This document shows, piece after piece, positions 22,892-31,045 of a DNA stretch of 32,000 bases. The stretch spans positions 8,490,001 to 8,522,000 of the forward strand of contig NZ_CP042911.1 of the NCBI RefSeq assembly GCF_008065095.1, in the 5' to 3' direction. Source of the stretch: Gemmata obscuriglobus. GTDB lineage: Bacteria > Planctomycetota > Planctomycetia > Gemmatales > Gemmataceae. Under the pieces are notes generated by a model. It saw only the letters and a program-made list of their open reading frames with translations, made no database searches and had not been told where the DNA came from. Position 1 is the stretch's first letter, and each line of letters opens with the position of its first letter. Position numbers and translations under genes: made by a program.

Positions 22892-23701
22892 TCACCCGTC
22901 GGACTTGTCGCGTCGGTCCGCTTCGGGCGCGTCGGTGTCGCCGTCGCGCTTCATCTGGCGCGAGGCCCACAGCAGTTGCCGCGCGAGGCCGTGCAGGATC
23001 TTCACTTCTTGTGGCGTCGGCATTGCCCGGCCGACGAGTTGGCGGATGGCGTGCATCAGCGAATCGCCCTTCTCGCCGAACAGGTAGCCCACTTCGGTGA
23101 GCGCGTGCCGCAGGTGCTCGAACATCCGGTCCTGGTCGGCGAACGGGGCCACCGCGCGCTCGGGGATCTCGGGCTTGCCGCGGGCGTCGTTGAGCCGCTT
23201 CGACCACGCCTTTCGGAACTCGTAGCAGCAGATCGCGACCGCCTGTGCGAGGTTGAGCGAGCCGGACGCGGGGTCGGACGGGACGTTCACCAGCCCGTGG
23301 CAGCGGCCGATCTCCTCGTTGCTCAGCCCGTGCGGCTCCGGGCCGAACACGACCGCCACCGGGCCGGCCTCGGCCGCCGCGAGCAGTTCGGGCATCTGCT
23401 CGGCCGCGGTGCCGATCGTTCCGGAGCGGAACACGCCGGCCGTGAGCGAGGACGTGGCGAGGGAGAACACGCAGTCGGAGAGCGCGTCGCCGAGATCGGG
23501 CACCACGCGGGCCGCGTCGAGCACCGCGAGCCCGTGCGTCGCCATCCGGCGGGCGTCGAGGTCGCCGGTGGACGCGTAGGGCGCGACCAGCACGAGGTCG
23601 GACAGTCCGAAGTTGCGCATCACGCGCGCGGTGGCACCGAGGTTGCCCGCGTAGTGCGGGCGCACCAGAACCACGCGGCACCGGGTCAGAAGGTCGGTCA
23701 T
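22892..23701 (-). CDS. trmJ: TrmH-family group 1 RNA 2'-O-methyltransferase (TrmJ/LasT-like, SpoU domain)
   Basis: 269 aa. CRVVLVRPHYAGNLGATARVMRNFGLSDLVLVAP.., ..VAVVFGPEPHGLSNEE.. and ..VNVPSDPASGSLNLAQAVAICCYEF are the three SPOUT motifs. A C-terminal helical extension follows, as in TrmJ. Confidence 0.8.
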   Translation of the reverse strand: MTDLLTRCRVVLVRPHYAGNLGATARVMRNFGLSDLVLVAPYASTGDLDARRMATHGLAVLDAARVVPDLGDALSDCVFSLATSSLTAGVFRSGTIGTAAEQMPELLAAAEAGPVAVVFGPEPHGLSNEEIGRCHGLVNVPSDPASGSLNLAQAVAICCYEFRKAWSKRLNDARGKPEIPERAVAPFADQDRMFEHLRHALTEVGYLFGEKGDSLMHAIRQLVGRAMPTPQEVKILHGLARQLLWASRQMKRDGDTDAPEADRRDKSDG

Positions 23702-24549
23702 GAAGCGATTTTAGGCGCGCCCGTAACGACCGGCACGGACGTGGTTGCGGGCGCGGGGGCCGGGGCCGGTTTGGCGGCGGGCCGGTTGAACCGGAACAGC
23801 AGCGGCATCAGCACCAGCATGGTGACGAGTGTGCCCACCGCGGTCAGCCCGAGCGCGTGCGCGAGCGAGTACCGCAGCACCGGCCACGTCACCGCCAGCC
23901 ACAGCACCAGCAGCACGAAGTTCAGCAGCAGCGCCAGAAACACGGTCTTGTTGCTCGGCACGAACAGGGTTCCCATTTGCACCGCTTCGACGTACCGGCT
24001 GCCGTTCTCCTCGTTGAACCGCCGCTCGGGGGTGTAGCTCTTCGACTTGCCGCCCGCGGTCTCCTTGACGATCGCGTTGTAGCGAACGGGGGCCGGGTCC
24101 TCCGGCCCTTTCAGGCGGATCGCCCCGGTCATGAACGACCCGGAGTTGTCGCTCCCGTTCATGATGAACGGCTCGCCGGTGCCCTCGCGGAGGAACTGGG
24201 TGCCCCCCGGCGCGCGTTTGAACTTTACGACCTCCTCGACCGTCTTCCCGCTCGCGTCGGTCCGGAGCACGCCGGCCACCGCGGGCCACCGCACCGCCTC
24301 GAACTCCGTGAACTCGGCCGTGCTGTACGGGGCGAAGTTGAAGAACGTGTCGTACCGCCCGGGGTTCGACTTGTCGAGCGCCGACCAGAAGGTAATGAAC
24401 CCGCCGAGCAAGAGCCCCCCGACCGCGGCCCGCACCGGCAGCCGCGACGCTGCCTCCTGGTACAGGTACCCCTGCGCCACGATCGAGACGCCCAGGAACA
24501 GCGCGGACAGGCCACCGGTCAGCAGCACGAACACCAGGAGCAACGTCAC
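23698..24549 (-). CDS. Hypothetical 4-TM membrane protein with a large loop domain
   Basis: The stop overlaps the trmJ-like ATG (ATGA at 23698-23701). The preferred start is GTG 24549 (GAGG 7 nt upstream), giving VTLLLVFVLLTGGLSALFLGV... The ORF-track start at 24801 adds an Arg/Pro-rich leader and is unlikely. Two N-terminal and two C-terminal TM helices flank a soluble region of about 150 aa. No family recognised. Confidence 0.55.
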   Translation of the reverse strand: MTLLLVFVLLTGGLSALFLGVSIVAQGYLYQEAASRLPVRAAVGGLLLGGFITFWSALDKSNPGRYDTFFNFAPYSTAEFTEFEAVRWPAVAGVLRTDASGKTVEEVVKFKRAPGGTQFLREGTGEPFIMNGSDNSGSFMTGAIRLKGPEDPAPVRYNAIVKETAGGKSKSYTPERRFNEENGSRYVEAVQMGTLFVPSNKTVFLALLLNFVLLVLWLAVTWPVLRYSLAHALGLTAVGTLVTMLVLMPLLFRFNRPAAKPAPAPAPATTSVPVVTGAPKIAS

Positions 24550-24788
24550 GGCGGCCTCGCCCGGAGGGACTTCGGAACGGTTCGGAACTCCAGAGCCAGG
24601 GGCGTTCCCGCAGGCCCTCGGCCGGGTTCTACGCCCCGACCGACGCCAACACGCTATCCGCGCGGCCCGCGCGGGGCAAGGGGCGGGCGGCCCGAGACCG
24701 CGGTTGACCTCCCCCCGGCGGGTCGCTATTCCGGCCGCACGCCAAGCGATCTTCGGTTGCTCACGCCCGTCCGCGGGCCGGGGGAAAC

Positions 24789-25730
24789 TTGTACCGGGCA
24801 CTGACCATAGCCTCCGCGGCCGTCGCAGCCCTGTTGCCGACCGGTTGCGCCAACATGTGGGACGCGGTCACCAGCCGCCAGTTCCGCGAGGCCCCGTACA
24901 AGACGGTCCGCAACGTGGTCGTGCCCGAGGACCCGGTGACGGTGCTCCGCGGCGGCCCGGACCGCACCGGCGACGACCGCGCCAAGGCGATGCACCGGCT
25001 CAAGGAGCCGGCCCGCAACGGCGGCTCGCAGGAAGACCAGGACCAGATGATGGAGATCCTCACCCGGGCCGCGACAAGCGACCCCAGCCCGGTGCTGCGG
25101 TTCGCGGCCATTGAGGCGCTCGGGCGGTTCGAGGACGAGCGCGCGATGAAGGTGCTCATCAGCGCGTACCAAACGGCCGACGGGCTGACCGACGCGGAGC
25201 GGGCGGCGCCGAAGCCGGCGGCGGAGCGCTCCGCGGTGGTGCCGGCCGGGGCCAGCGCCGGCCGGCTGCCGACCCGCACGGGGTTGGAGATCGGCCCGCT
25301 GAAGGGGCCGGCCGGGTACGCGCCCGACACCGTCGCGGCCCTGCGGTGCCGGTGCCTGGAGTCGCTCGGGCGGACTCACAAGCCCGAAGCGGCCCGGTTC
25401 CTGGCGGTGGTCGTGGGCGCGGGCGGGGCGGACGCGTCGGCCCCCGGCGGCGACGACCCCGAGGTGCGCCAGGCGGCGGTGCGCGGGCTGAGCGAGTGCC
25501 GCCAGCCCGAAGCCGTGGCGGCGCTGGCGGAGGTGCTCAAGCAGCAGGCCGGCAAGGACGTGGTGCTCGCCCGGCAGTCGCACGCGGGGCTCATGAAGCT
25601 GACGGGCAAGCGGCTCCCGCCGGACCCGCAGCAGTGGAACGAGGTCGTTCAGGCCGGCGTCACGATCGCCCCCGAGCCGAGTTGGTTCGAGAGCACCATC
25701 CAGAACGCGGCCTTTTGGCAGAAGAAGTGA
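24789..25730 (+). CDS. HEAT-repeat protein with signal peptide (possible lipoprotein)
   Basis: TTG start. (M)YRALTIASAAVAALLPTGC has a Cys after the hydrophobic core, but the lipobox is non-canonical. Repeated ..VLRFAAIEALGRF.., ..LRCRCLESLGR.., ..VRQAAVRGLSEC..PEAVAALAEVL segments look like HEAT/PBS-lyase-type repeats. Confidence 0.65.
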   Translation: MYRALTIASAAVAALLPTGCANMWDAVTSRQFREAPYKTVRNVVVPEDPVTVLRGGPDRTGDDRAKAMHRLKEPARNGGSQEDQDQMMEILTRAATSDPSPVLRFAAIEALGRFEDERAMKVLISAYQTADGLTDAERAAPKPAAERSAVVPAGASAGRLPTRTGLEIGPLKGPAGYAPDTVAALRCRCLESLGRTHKPEAARFLAVVVGAGGADASAPGGDDPEVRQAAVRGLSECRQPEAVAALAEVLKQQAGKDVVLARQSHAGLMKLTGKRLPPDPQQWNEVVQAGVTIAPEPSWFESTIQNAAFWQKK

Positions 25731-26089
25731 TCGCACGGATCGAGCCACGATCGTTTCAGGGGCGCCCGGGAAGACCCTCGGCGCCCCACTCCCATCTCAT
25801 CGACGTTCTGTCGACTCTCGCTCGCCTTCACCGATCGTATCAATTGTGCTGATCGGCACGAGCCGAACAATGGCGCAAGATTCGGAAGCGGTGGCGAAAC
25901 CGGATGAGCGGGCAAAGGCCGCGGGTTCCGACGGTTCGGTCGGACGCAGCGGAAAAGCGGAGAAAAATCCGCCCGCCCGGGCGCGTCACAGCCCGACAAC
26001 GGTTAACATGTCGAAAATACGCGCTCGCGGCCCGCGGCCGTGGAACCCCAGTCGAACCCGTGGCTCCCCGCACGCACGGAGCAGCACCC

Positions 26090-29000
26090 ATGTCGAACCC
26101 CGCCGATCCGAACGACCCGAACGGCCCGAATTCGCCCGACCACGCGGCGCAAAACGAGGACGCGAACACGGGCACGGGCTCGCGGTTCGAGTTCACACTC
26201 CCTGAGGACGCGGACACGTTCAACAAACTGCCGCCGATCCCGTCCCCGGACTTTGCCAGCGGACCCGGGCTCGCGCCGCCGCCGCCGCCCAACCCGTTCG
26301 GGTTCGGCACGCCCGAGAGCCGTGGCTCGTTCGGCGATTTCGGCCTGCCGCCGGTTCCCGAAGCGGCACTCGAACCGGTGCCCGCCGAGGACGCGTTCGA
26401 ACTGCCCGAGTTGTCGGCCGGAGCGGGCGACTCGGCCGCCCTTTTAACACCCCCGGACGCTCAACCGCTCGAACCGCCCCTCCACCTCGATTCGGCCGAC
26501 CTGCCCGGTGTGGCGGACCTGGATCAGCCGATTGCCGATTCGTTCGAGCTGCCCGAGCCGCCGGTCGAGCCGGCGCCGGATCACATGGCGCTCGCCGAGA
26601 TCGATCTGAGCGACGCGACACTGGAAGCGCTTCCGATCGCGGACGGCGCCCACGCGGAGCCGATCCCGGTCGCTGAACTCGAGGAGCTGCCCGACGGTTC
26701 GTCCGTCAACCTTGGGGCTGGGGCACCTCAAGCCGGTTCACTCGGGAGCGTGCCGGACGTGAACGCGCTGCGTCCCGCCCGGCCGGCGTCGAACGGGTCC
26801 ACCGCGGAGTTGCCGCGGGCCTCGCTGAATCCCGCGGACGTCCGCGGCAGCTCGTTCGAGTTCGAACTGCCCTCCAGCGTCAACACCTACAGCGATCTGC
26901 CGCCGGTCCCGGGGCCGGACGAACTCGGGTCGAAGAGCGACTTCGGCACGCTCCCGCCGCGCCCGGCGGCGGTTCCGCGAGACGCCTCGTTCGACTTCAT
27001 TAACGTGGGTAGCCGGGGTTCGTTCGCGGACCTCGACGCGAACGGCCGTCCGGTCGCGAAGGCCACACCGGCGCCGGACCCGGCGGTCCGGCTCGGGAAC
27101 GTGGAACCGGTCGAGCCGGTCGCCCCTGTGTCCGGGTGGCTCGACCCCGAATCACACCTGTCGGCCGCGCCGCACCCCGACGCGGTGGGCGCGTCGGACA
27201 TTTTCGCCGCGCCCGCTCCCCACGCCGAGCCGTCCGAAACGTCCGACGTGTTGGCCGCGACCTCCGGCTCTCAGCCGTTCGAGGTTGTACCGCCGCCGCT
27301 CGGCAGCGCGTCCCACGAGGACGACGACTTCAGTGACCTGCCACTGGCCGAGGTGGACGACGCCCCCGAGAGCGGGGACCTGCACGCCCTGCGCGGCGAC
27401 GACGAATCGATCCACGACATGCCGGCGCCGGACGCGGGCGGGCCGCTGTTCGACTCGGGACCGCTCGTCAACGCGCCGGACCTGCCGCCGGGAGCGGACG
27501 ACGAGCCGGACTACGGCGCGCCGCCGGCGTTCACCCCGGACGCGTCCAGCATCCTCGCCGACCTGAGCGCGCCCGACTTCACGCTGGACGACGCGTCGTC
27601 CGTTCAGGTCGAAGCGCCCGGGATCGCGCGCACCCTGGGGAGCGGGCCGTCCGAGGCCGCTTTCGAACTGACGGTGCCCGACGATCCCATCTCGGCCGAC
27701 CTGTTCGGGGACGCCGAACAGGGGGGCGGGGCGACCGGTTGGGACGAGCAGAGCGGCCCCAACCTGCTGGCCGGGCGCTCGGGCGGCGACGAGCCGACCG
27801 ACCTCGATTTGCTCGACGACGATGCCCCGCTCTCATCGGCCCCGTCGAGCATCTTCTCCGGCGCCCGGGACGCCGGAAATAAGAGCGGGAAGCGCACCGC
27901 CCCCCCGGTGCCTCCGGACGCAACCGTCGCGGCGGAACCGCTCGGCACCGGCTCGAAGAACCGGCCCGCCGTGCCCAACATCGACTCCCGCGACTTCGAA
28001 CTCCCGGGTGCCAAGAGCGGCCCCGCGGACGACGAGGCCGGACAAATCGACTTCGAAATGGGCGACGCGGACGACGGGGAACACACGCGCGCCGCGCCAC
28101 AGGACGTGTCCCTTTCCGCGATCATCCGCGACGAACTGCCGGACGACTCCGAGGAGATGAGCACCCGGATCGCCCCCCGTCGCGTTCCGAACCCGGACGA
28201 CGAAACCCGGCCGCCCGAGGTGAGCCTGGACTACCTGTCCGAATCGACCGAAGGGTCCGCGCTCGCGCTGCCGCTTCAGGCCGGGGCGGCCGCGAAAAGC
28301 AAGGCGAAGGACAAGAGCAAGAAGGGCCGGCCCGCCGTTCCGGACGAGCCGGACACCGTTACCAAGCCGACGAAGGTGGCCCCGTCACGGCTCGCGAACG
28401 CCGACGAGACCGGAACCGAAGAGAGCGTTGTCGCGGGCAGGAAGGGGAGCGGGCTGCTCGTCGGCGCGCTGTTCGGCGCGCTGGCCGCCGGTGGGGCGTG
28501 GGCCGGGGTGTACTTCGGCGACGTGATCCCGAACGCGCGGCCGGGCTCGGGGGCCGCGCCGGTGGCACAGACCGGCACCAAACCGGCCGGCCCGGCGCCG
28601 GCCGCACCGGCCGGGGCTGTGTCGCTCGACCCGCAGGCCGCGTTCGCCGCGGGCGCCGCCGCGAAGGCGGTCGAGCACTACAAGGCAACGCCCCCCGCGA
28701 CGCTGACCGAGAAGACCGACGCGGGCTACGTGCGCGTGTTCGCCAAGGCCCAGGCGCTCGCCGCCGGGGCCACGGTGCCCGCGAACGACGCCGACCTGCT
28801 GGCGGCCCGCAAGGATCTTGAGGACGTGATCGCGCGGCCCGACGCGACGGCCGAGCCGGGCGGCGTGGCCCGCGGGGTGAAGGCCAGCGTCGCGCTCGGC
28901 GCGTCCTACGAACTGGCGGGCGACCTCAAGGCCGCTCGCAAGGTGTACACCGAGGCGGCGGAACGGTACCCGGCCCACAAGGCCACGTTCGAGGCCCACC

Positions 29001-30904
29001 TCGACCGGCTCGACGCGACCGCGCCGCCCGCACCGAGCGGCACGTCGCGCCGCCCGGCGTCGCCTGAAACGGGCCTCTTGCTCGCGACCGCGTTACTGCT
29101 CCAGGACGCGCCGGCGGCCGGCGCCGTGGAGCCCGGCGTGTACTACTGGAAGGCGGTGAAGGCCGCCGGCGCCGGTAAGTACAAGGACGCGCTCGAACTG
29201 ATCGATAAGGCGAAGGAGTCGCACCAGCAGCTCGCACCCGGGTTCAGCGGCCGCGGGGTCAACGCGCTGTCCGACCCGCGCGAGCAGATCTTCGCCCGGG
29301 CCTGCGACGACCTGAAGGCGTACTGGAAGCTACGCGGGGCGGTGTCCGGCAACCCGGACATGATCGCGGAGATCAAGAAGGACGGCGGCGCGCTGGCGAA
29401 GTCGCTCGACGCGTTCGCCAAATCGTCCGAAGTTGCCACCGCGGCCGAGAAGGAAGTCGCCGCGGCCCGCGAGGCGGTCAAGAAGCTCGAGGGCGAGGTG
29501 GTGAAGCTCGGCACGGACGCGAAGGCTTCCGAACAGGCCAAGCGTGAAGCGGAGACGAAGCTCGAAAAGGCCGCGGCCGATTTGAAGACCACCGAGGCGA
29601 AGCTCACAACCGCCACGGACGAACTGAAAGCCGCCGCAAAAGACATCGAAACGAAGCAAGGCGCCCTCGCGGCCCTGGCGGACGTGCTGAAACCGGCCAC
29701 ACCGGTTCCGGACAAGTGGGGGCCGGCGGACCTGCTCGCCGCAACCAAGGCCGTCGTGGCACGGGCCACCGGGCCGGACCTGAAGGCGCTGGTTCCCAGC
29801 ACGATGGCGGCGGTCGGCGGGGGCGGGCTGACTACGGGGCAGCTCGTGGAGATCGCCGAGCGGCTGAATAAGGCCGAGACCGTCGCAAAGGACGCGCTCG
29901 CGAAGCTGACGACCGAAACCAAGCGGCTCACCGACGCCCACGCCGCCGAAACGAAGAAGCTCAAGGAGGAGCGAGCGACCGAGGCGAAGAAGCTCACCGA
30001 CGCCTACGCCGCTGACATCAAGAAGCTGAACGACGCCCACGCCGAGGCCGTGAAGGCGCTCAAGGACGGCAGCGCCGAGGAGCTGAAGAAGCTCACCGAC
30101 AAGTACGCGGCCGACTCGAAGAAGCTGACCGACGACTACGCCGCGGCGGTGGCGAAACTCAAGGACGAGCACGCGACCGCCCTCCGCACCGAGCAGGACA
30201 AGACGGAAGCCGAGAAGAAAAAAGCCGCAGCGCGCGAGATCGAGTTCCAAAAGCAGCTCGGGAGCGCCGTCACCCCGGGGCAGGTGATGGACCTCTGGAT
30301 ACCGATCCTCGCCGACCTGCGCCGGGCGTCGGACGCCGGCCCGGCGCTCGCGGCGGCGCAGAAGACGATCGCGAGTTCGTCCCCGGATTCCGAGGACGCG
30401 GCAAAAGGGCAAACAGTTGCCGGCCTGGCGTACCTGATCCGGGGCGAACTGGCGAGCGCGCGGGAGATGTTCCAGGCGGCTCGGCGCAGCCCCGCGCACA
30501 AGGCGGCAGCGGGCAAGCCGTGGGCCGTCGCCGCCGACACCGGGCTGGACGCGGTCACGGACCCGGCGGCGGCGTTCCGCCGGCCCGTGGTGCTCCCGCC
30601 GGTGGACCTTCGCGCCGCAGCCGGTTCGCTCAACACCGGCATCGCGGCGTACAAGGGCGGTCGGTATGACGCGGCCGTGAGCGCCCTGCTGGACGCCGTG
30701 AAGCACAACCCGGCGGACCCGGTGGCGTGGTACTTCCTGGGCGCCGCGCGGTGGGCGCGGGGCGACGAAGAGCAGGCGAAAAAGGACTTCGCGCAAGGGG
30801 CCGAGCGCGAGAAGGTGTCGACCGCCCCGAACAGCACGACGAGCGACGCGCTGTCGCCGCTCCAGGGGGCGGCCCGTGACGCCATCGACCGCGTTCGCCC
30901 GTAA
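26090..30904 (+). CDS. Very large (1604 aa) bitopic protein: acidic Pro-rich repeat-motif N-terminal region, one TM helix, TPR-like and coiled-coil C-terminal region
   Basis: ATG 26090 (GGAG 9 nt upstream) begins MSNPADPNDPNGPN. About 780 aa are D/E/P-rich with repeated FE[FL]xLP motifs. TM helix GLLVGALFGALAAGGAWAGVYFG (about 28448-28520). Then Ala/Lys/Glu-rich coiled coil, eight 11-residue repeats and a C-terminal TPR-like unit (YDAAVSALLDAVKHNPADPVAWYFLGAARWARGDEEQAKKDF). The in-frame extension back to 25904 is Arg-rich and rejected. Confidence 0.75.
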   Translation: MSNPADPNDPNGPNSPDHAAQNEDANTGTGSRFEFTLPEDADTFNKLPPIPSPDFASGPGLAPPPPPNPFGFGTPESRGSFGDFGLPPVPEAALEPVPAEDAFELPELSAGAGDSAALLTPPDAQPLEPPLHLDSADLPGVADLDQPIADSFELPEPPVEPAPDHMALAEIDLSDATLEALPIADGAHAEPIPVAELEELPDGSSVNLGAGAPQAGSLGSVPDVNALRPARPASNGSTAELPRASLNPADVRGSSFEFELPSSVNTYSDLPPVPGPDELGSKSDFGTLPPRPAAVPRDASFDFINVGSRGSFADLDANGRPVAKATPAPDPAVRLGNVEPVEPVAPVSGWLDPESHLSAAPHPDAVGASDIFAAPAPHAEPSETSDVLAATSGSQPFEVVPPPLGSASHEDDDFSDLPLAEVDDAPESGDLHALRGDDESIHDMPAPDAGGPLFDSGPLVNAPDLPPGADDEPDYGAPPAFTPDASSILADLSAPDFTLDDASSVQVEAPGIARTLGSGPSEAAFELTVPDDPISADLFGDAEQGGGATGWDEQSGPNLLAGRSGGDEPTDLDLLDDDAPLSSAPSSIFSGARDAGNKSGKRTAPPVPPDATVAAEPLGTGSKNRPAVPNIDSRDFELPGAKSGPADDEAGQIDFEMGDADDGEHTRAAPQDVSLSAIIRDELPDDSEEMSTRIAPRRVPNPDDETRPPEVSLDYLSESTEGSALALPLQAGAAAKSKAKDKSKKGRPAVPDEPDTVTKPTKVAPSRLANADETGTEESVVAGRKGSGLLVGALFGALAAGGAWAGVYFGDVIPNARPGSGAAPVAQTGTKPAGPAPAAPAGAVSLDPQAAFAAGAAAKAVEHYKATPPATLTEKTDAGYVRVFAKAQALAAGATVPANDADLLAARKDLEDVIARPDATAEPGGVARGVKASVALGASYELAGDLKAARKVYTEAAERYPAHKATFEAHLDRLDATAPPAPSGTSRRPASPETGLLLATALLLQDAPAAGAVEPGVYYWKAVKAAGAGKYKDALELIDKAKESHQQLAPGFSGRGVNALSDPREQIFARACDDLKAYWKLRGAVSGNPDMIAEIKKDGGALAKSLDAFAKSSEVATAAEKEVAAAREAVKKLEGEVVKLGTDAKASEQAKREAETKLEKAAADLKTTEAKLTTATDELKAAAKDIETKQGALAALADVLKPATPVPDKWGPADLLAATKAVVARATGPDLKALVPSTMAAVGGGGLTTGQLVEIAERLNKAETVAKDALAKLTTETKRLTDAHAAETKKLKEERATEAKKLTDAYAADIKKLNDAHAEAVKALKDGSAEELKKLTDKYAADSKKLTDDYAAAVAKLKDEHATALRTEQDKTEAEKKKAAAREIEFQKQLGSAVTPGQVMDLWIPILADLRRASDAGPALAAAQKTIASSSPDSEDAAKGQTVAGLAYLIRGELASAREMFQAARRSPAHKAAAGKPWAVAADTGLDAVTDPAAAFRRPVVLPPVDLRAAAGSLNTGIAAYKGGRYDAAVSALLDAVKHNPADPVAWYFLGAARWARGDEEQAKKDFAQGAEREKVSTAPNSTTSDALSPLQGAARDAIDRVRP
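29921..30184 (+). repeat. Eight tandem in-phase 33-bp repeats encoding 11-residue units
   Basis: KRLTDAHAAET / KKLKEERATEA / KKLTDAYAADI / KKLNDAHAEAV / KALKDGSAEEL / KKLTDKYAADS / KKLTDDYAAAV / AKLKDEHATAL. The unit starts fall at 29921, 29954, 29987 ... 30152, exactly 33 nt apart. Confidence 0.9.
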
Positions 30905-30920
30905 GCGACGGAACGAGATG

Positions 30921-30970
30921 GCGACGGGCACGGGCCGGCACCTCGCGAGGTGCCGGCCCGTGCCCGTCGC
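30921..30970. terminator. Perfect 50-bp palindrome, likely a bidirectional terminator between convergent genes
   Basis: gcgacgggcacgggccggcacctcg (30921-30945) is followed directly by its exact reverse complement cgaggtgccggcccgtgcccgtcgc (30946-30970). It lies 17 nt after the stop of the 1604-aa gene and 75 nt beyond the stop of the minus-strand propeller gene. gcgtttg follows on the + strand. Confidence 0.75.
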
Positions 30971-31045
30971 GCGTTTGCTCAAAACGCAGTCGTGGCCGCC
31001 TGTCGCCGTGTTGTACCGATGGCGACCGGCCAACCGCCGGGTGCG

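Noticed and set aside
25904-26089. Upstream extension of the 1604-aa protein (ORF-track start at 25904)
   Set aside because: The extra 62 residues are Arg-rich (..RPRVPTVRSDAAEKRRKIRPPGRVTARQR..) and sit in a lower-GC, promoter-like region. ATG 26090 has a GGAG upstream and begins the acidic composition that characterises the protein. The start is still unverified.
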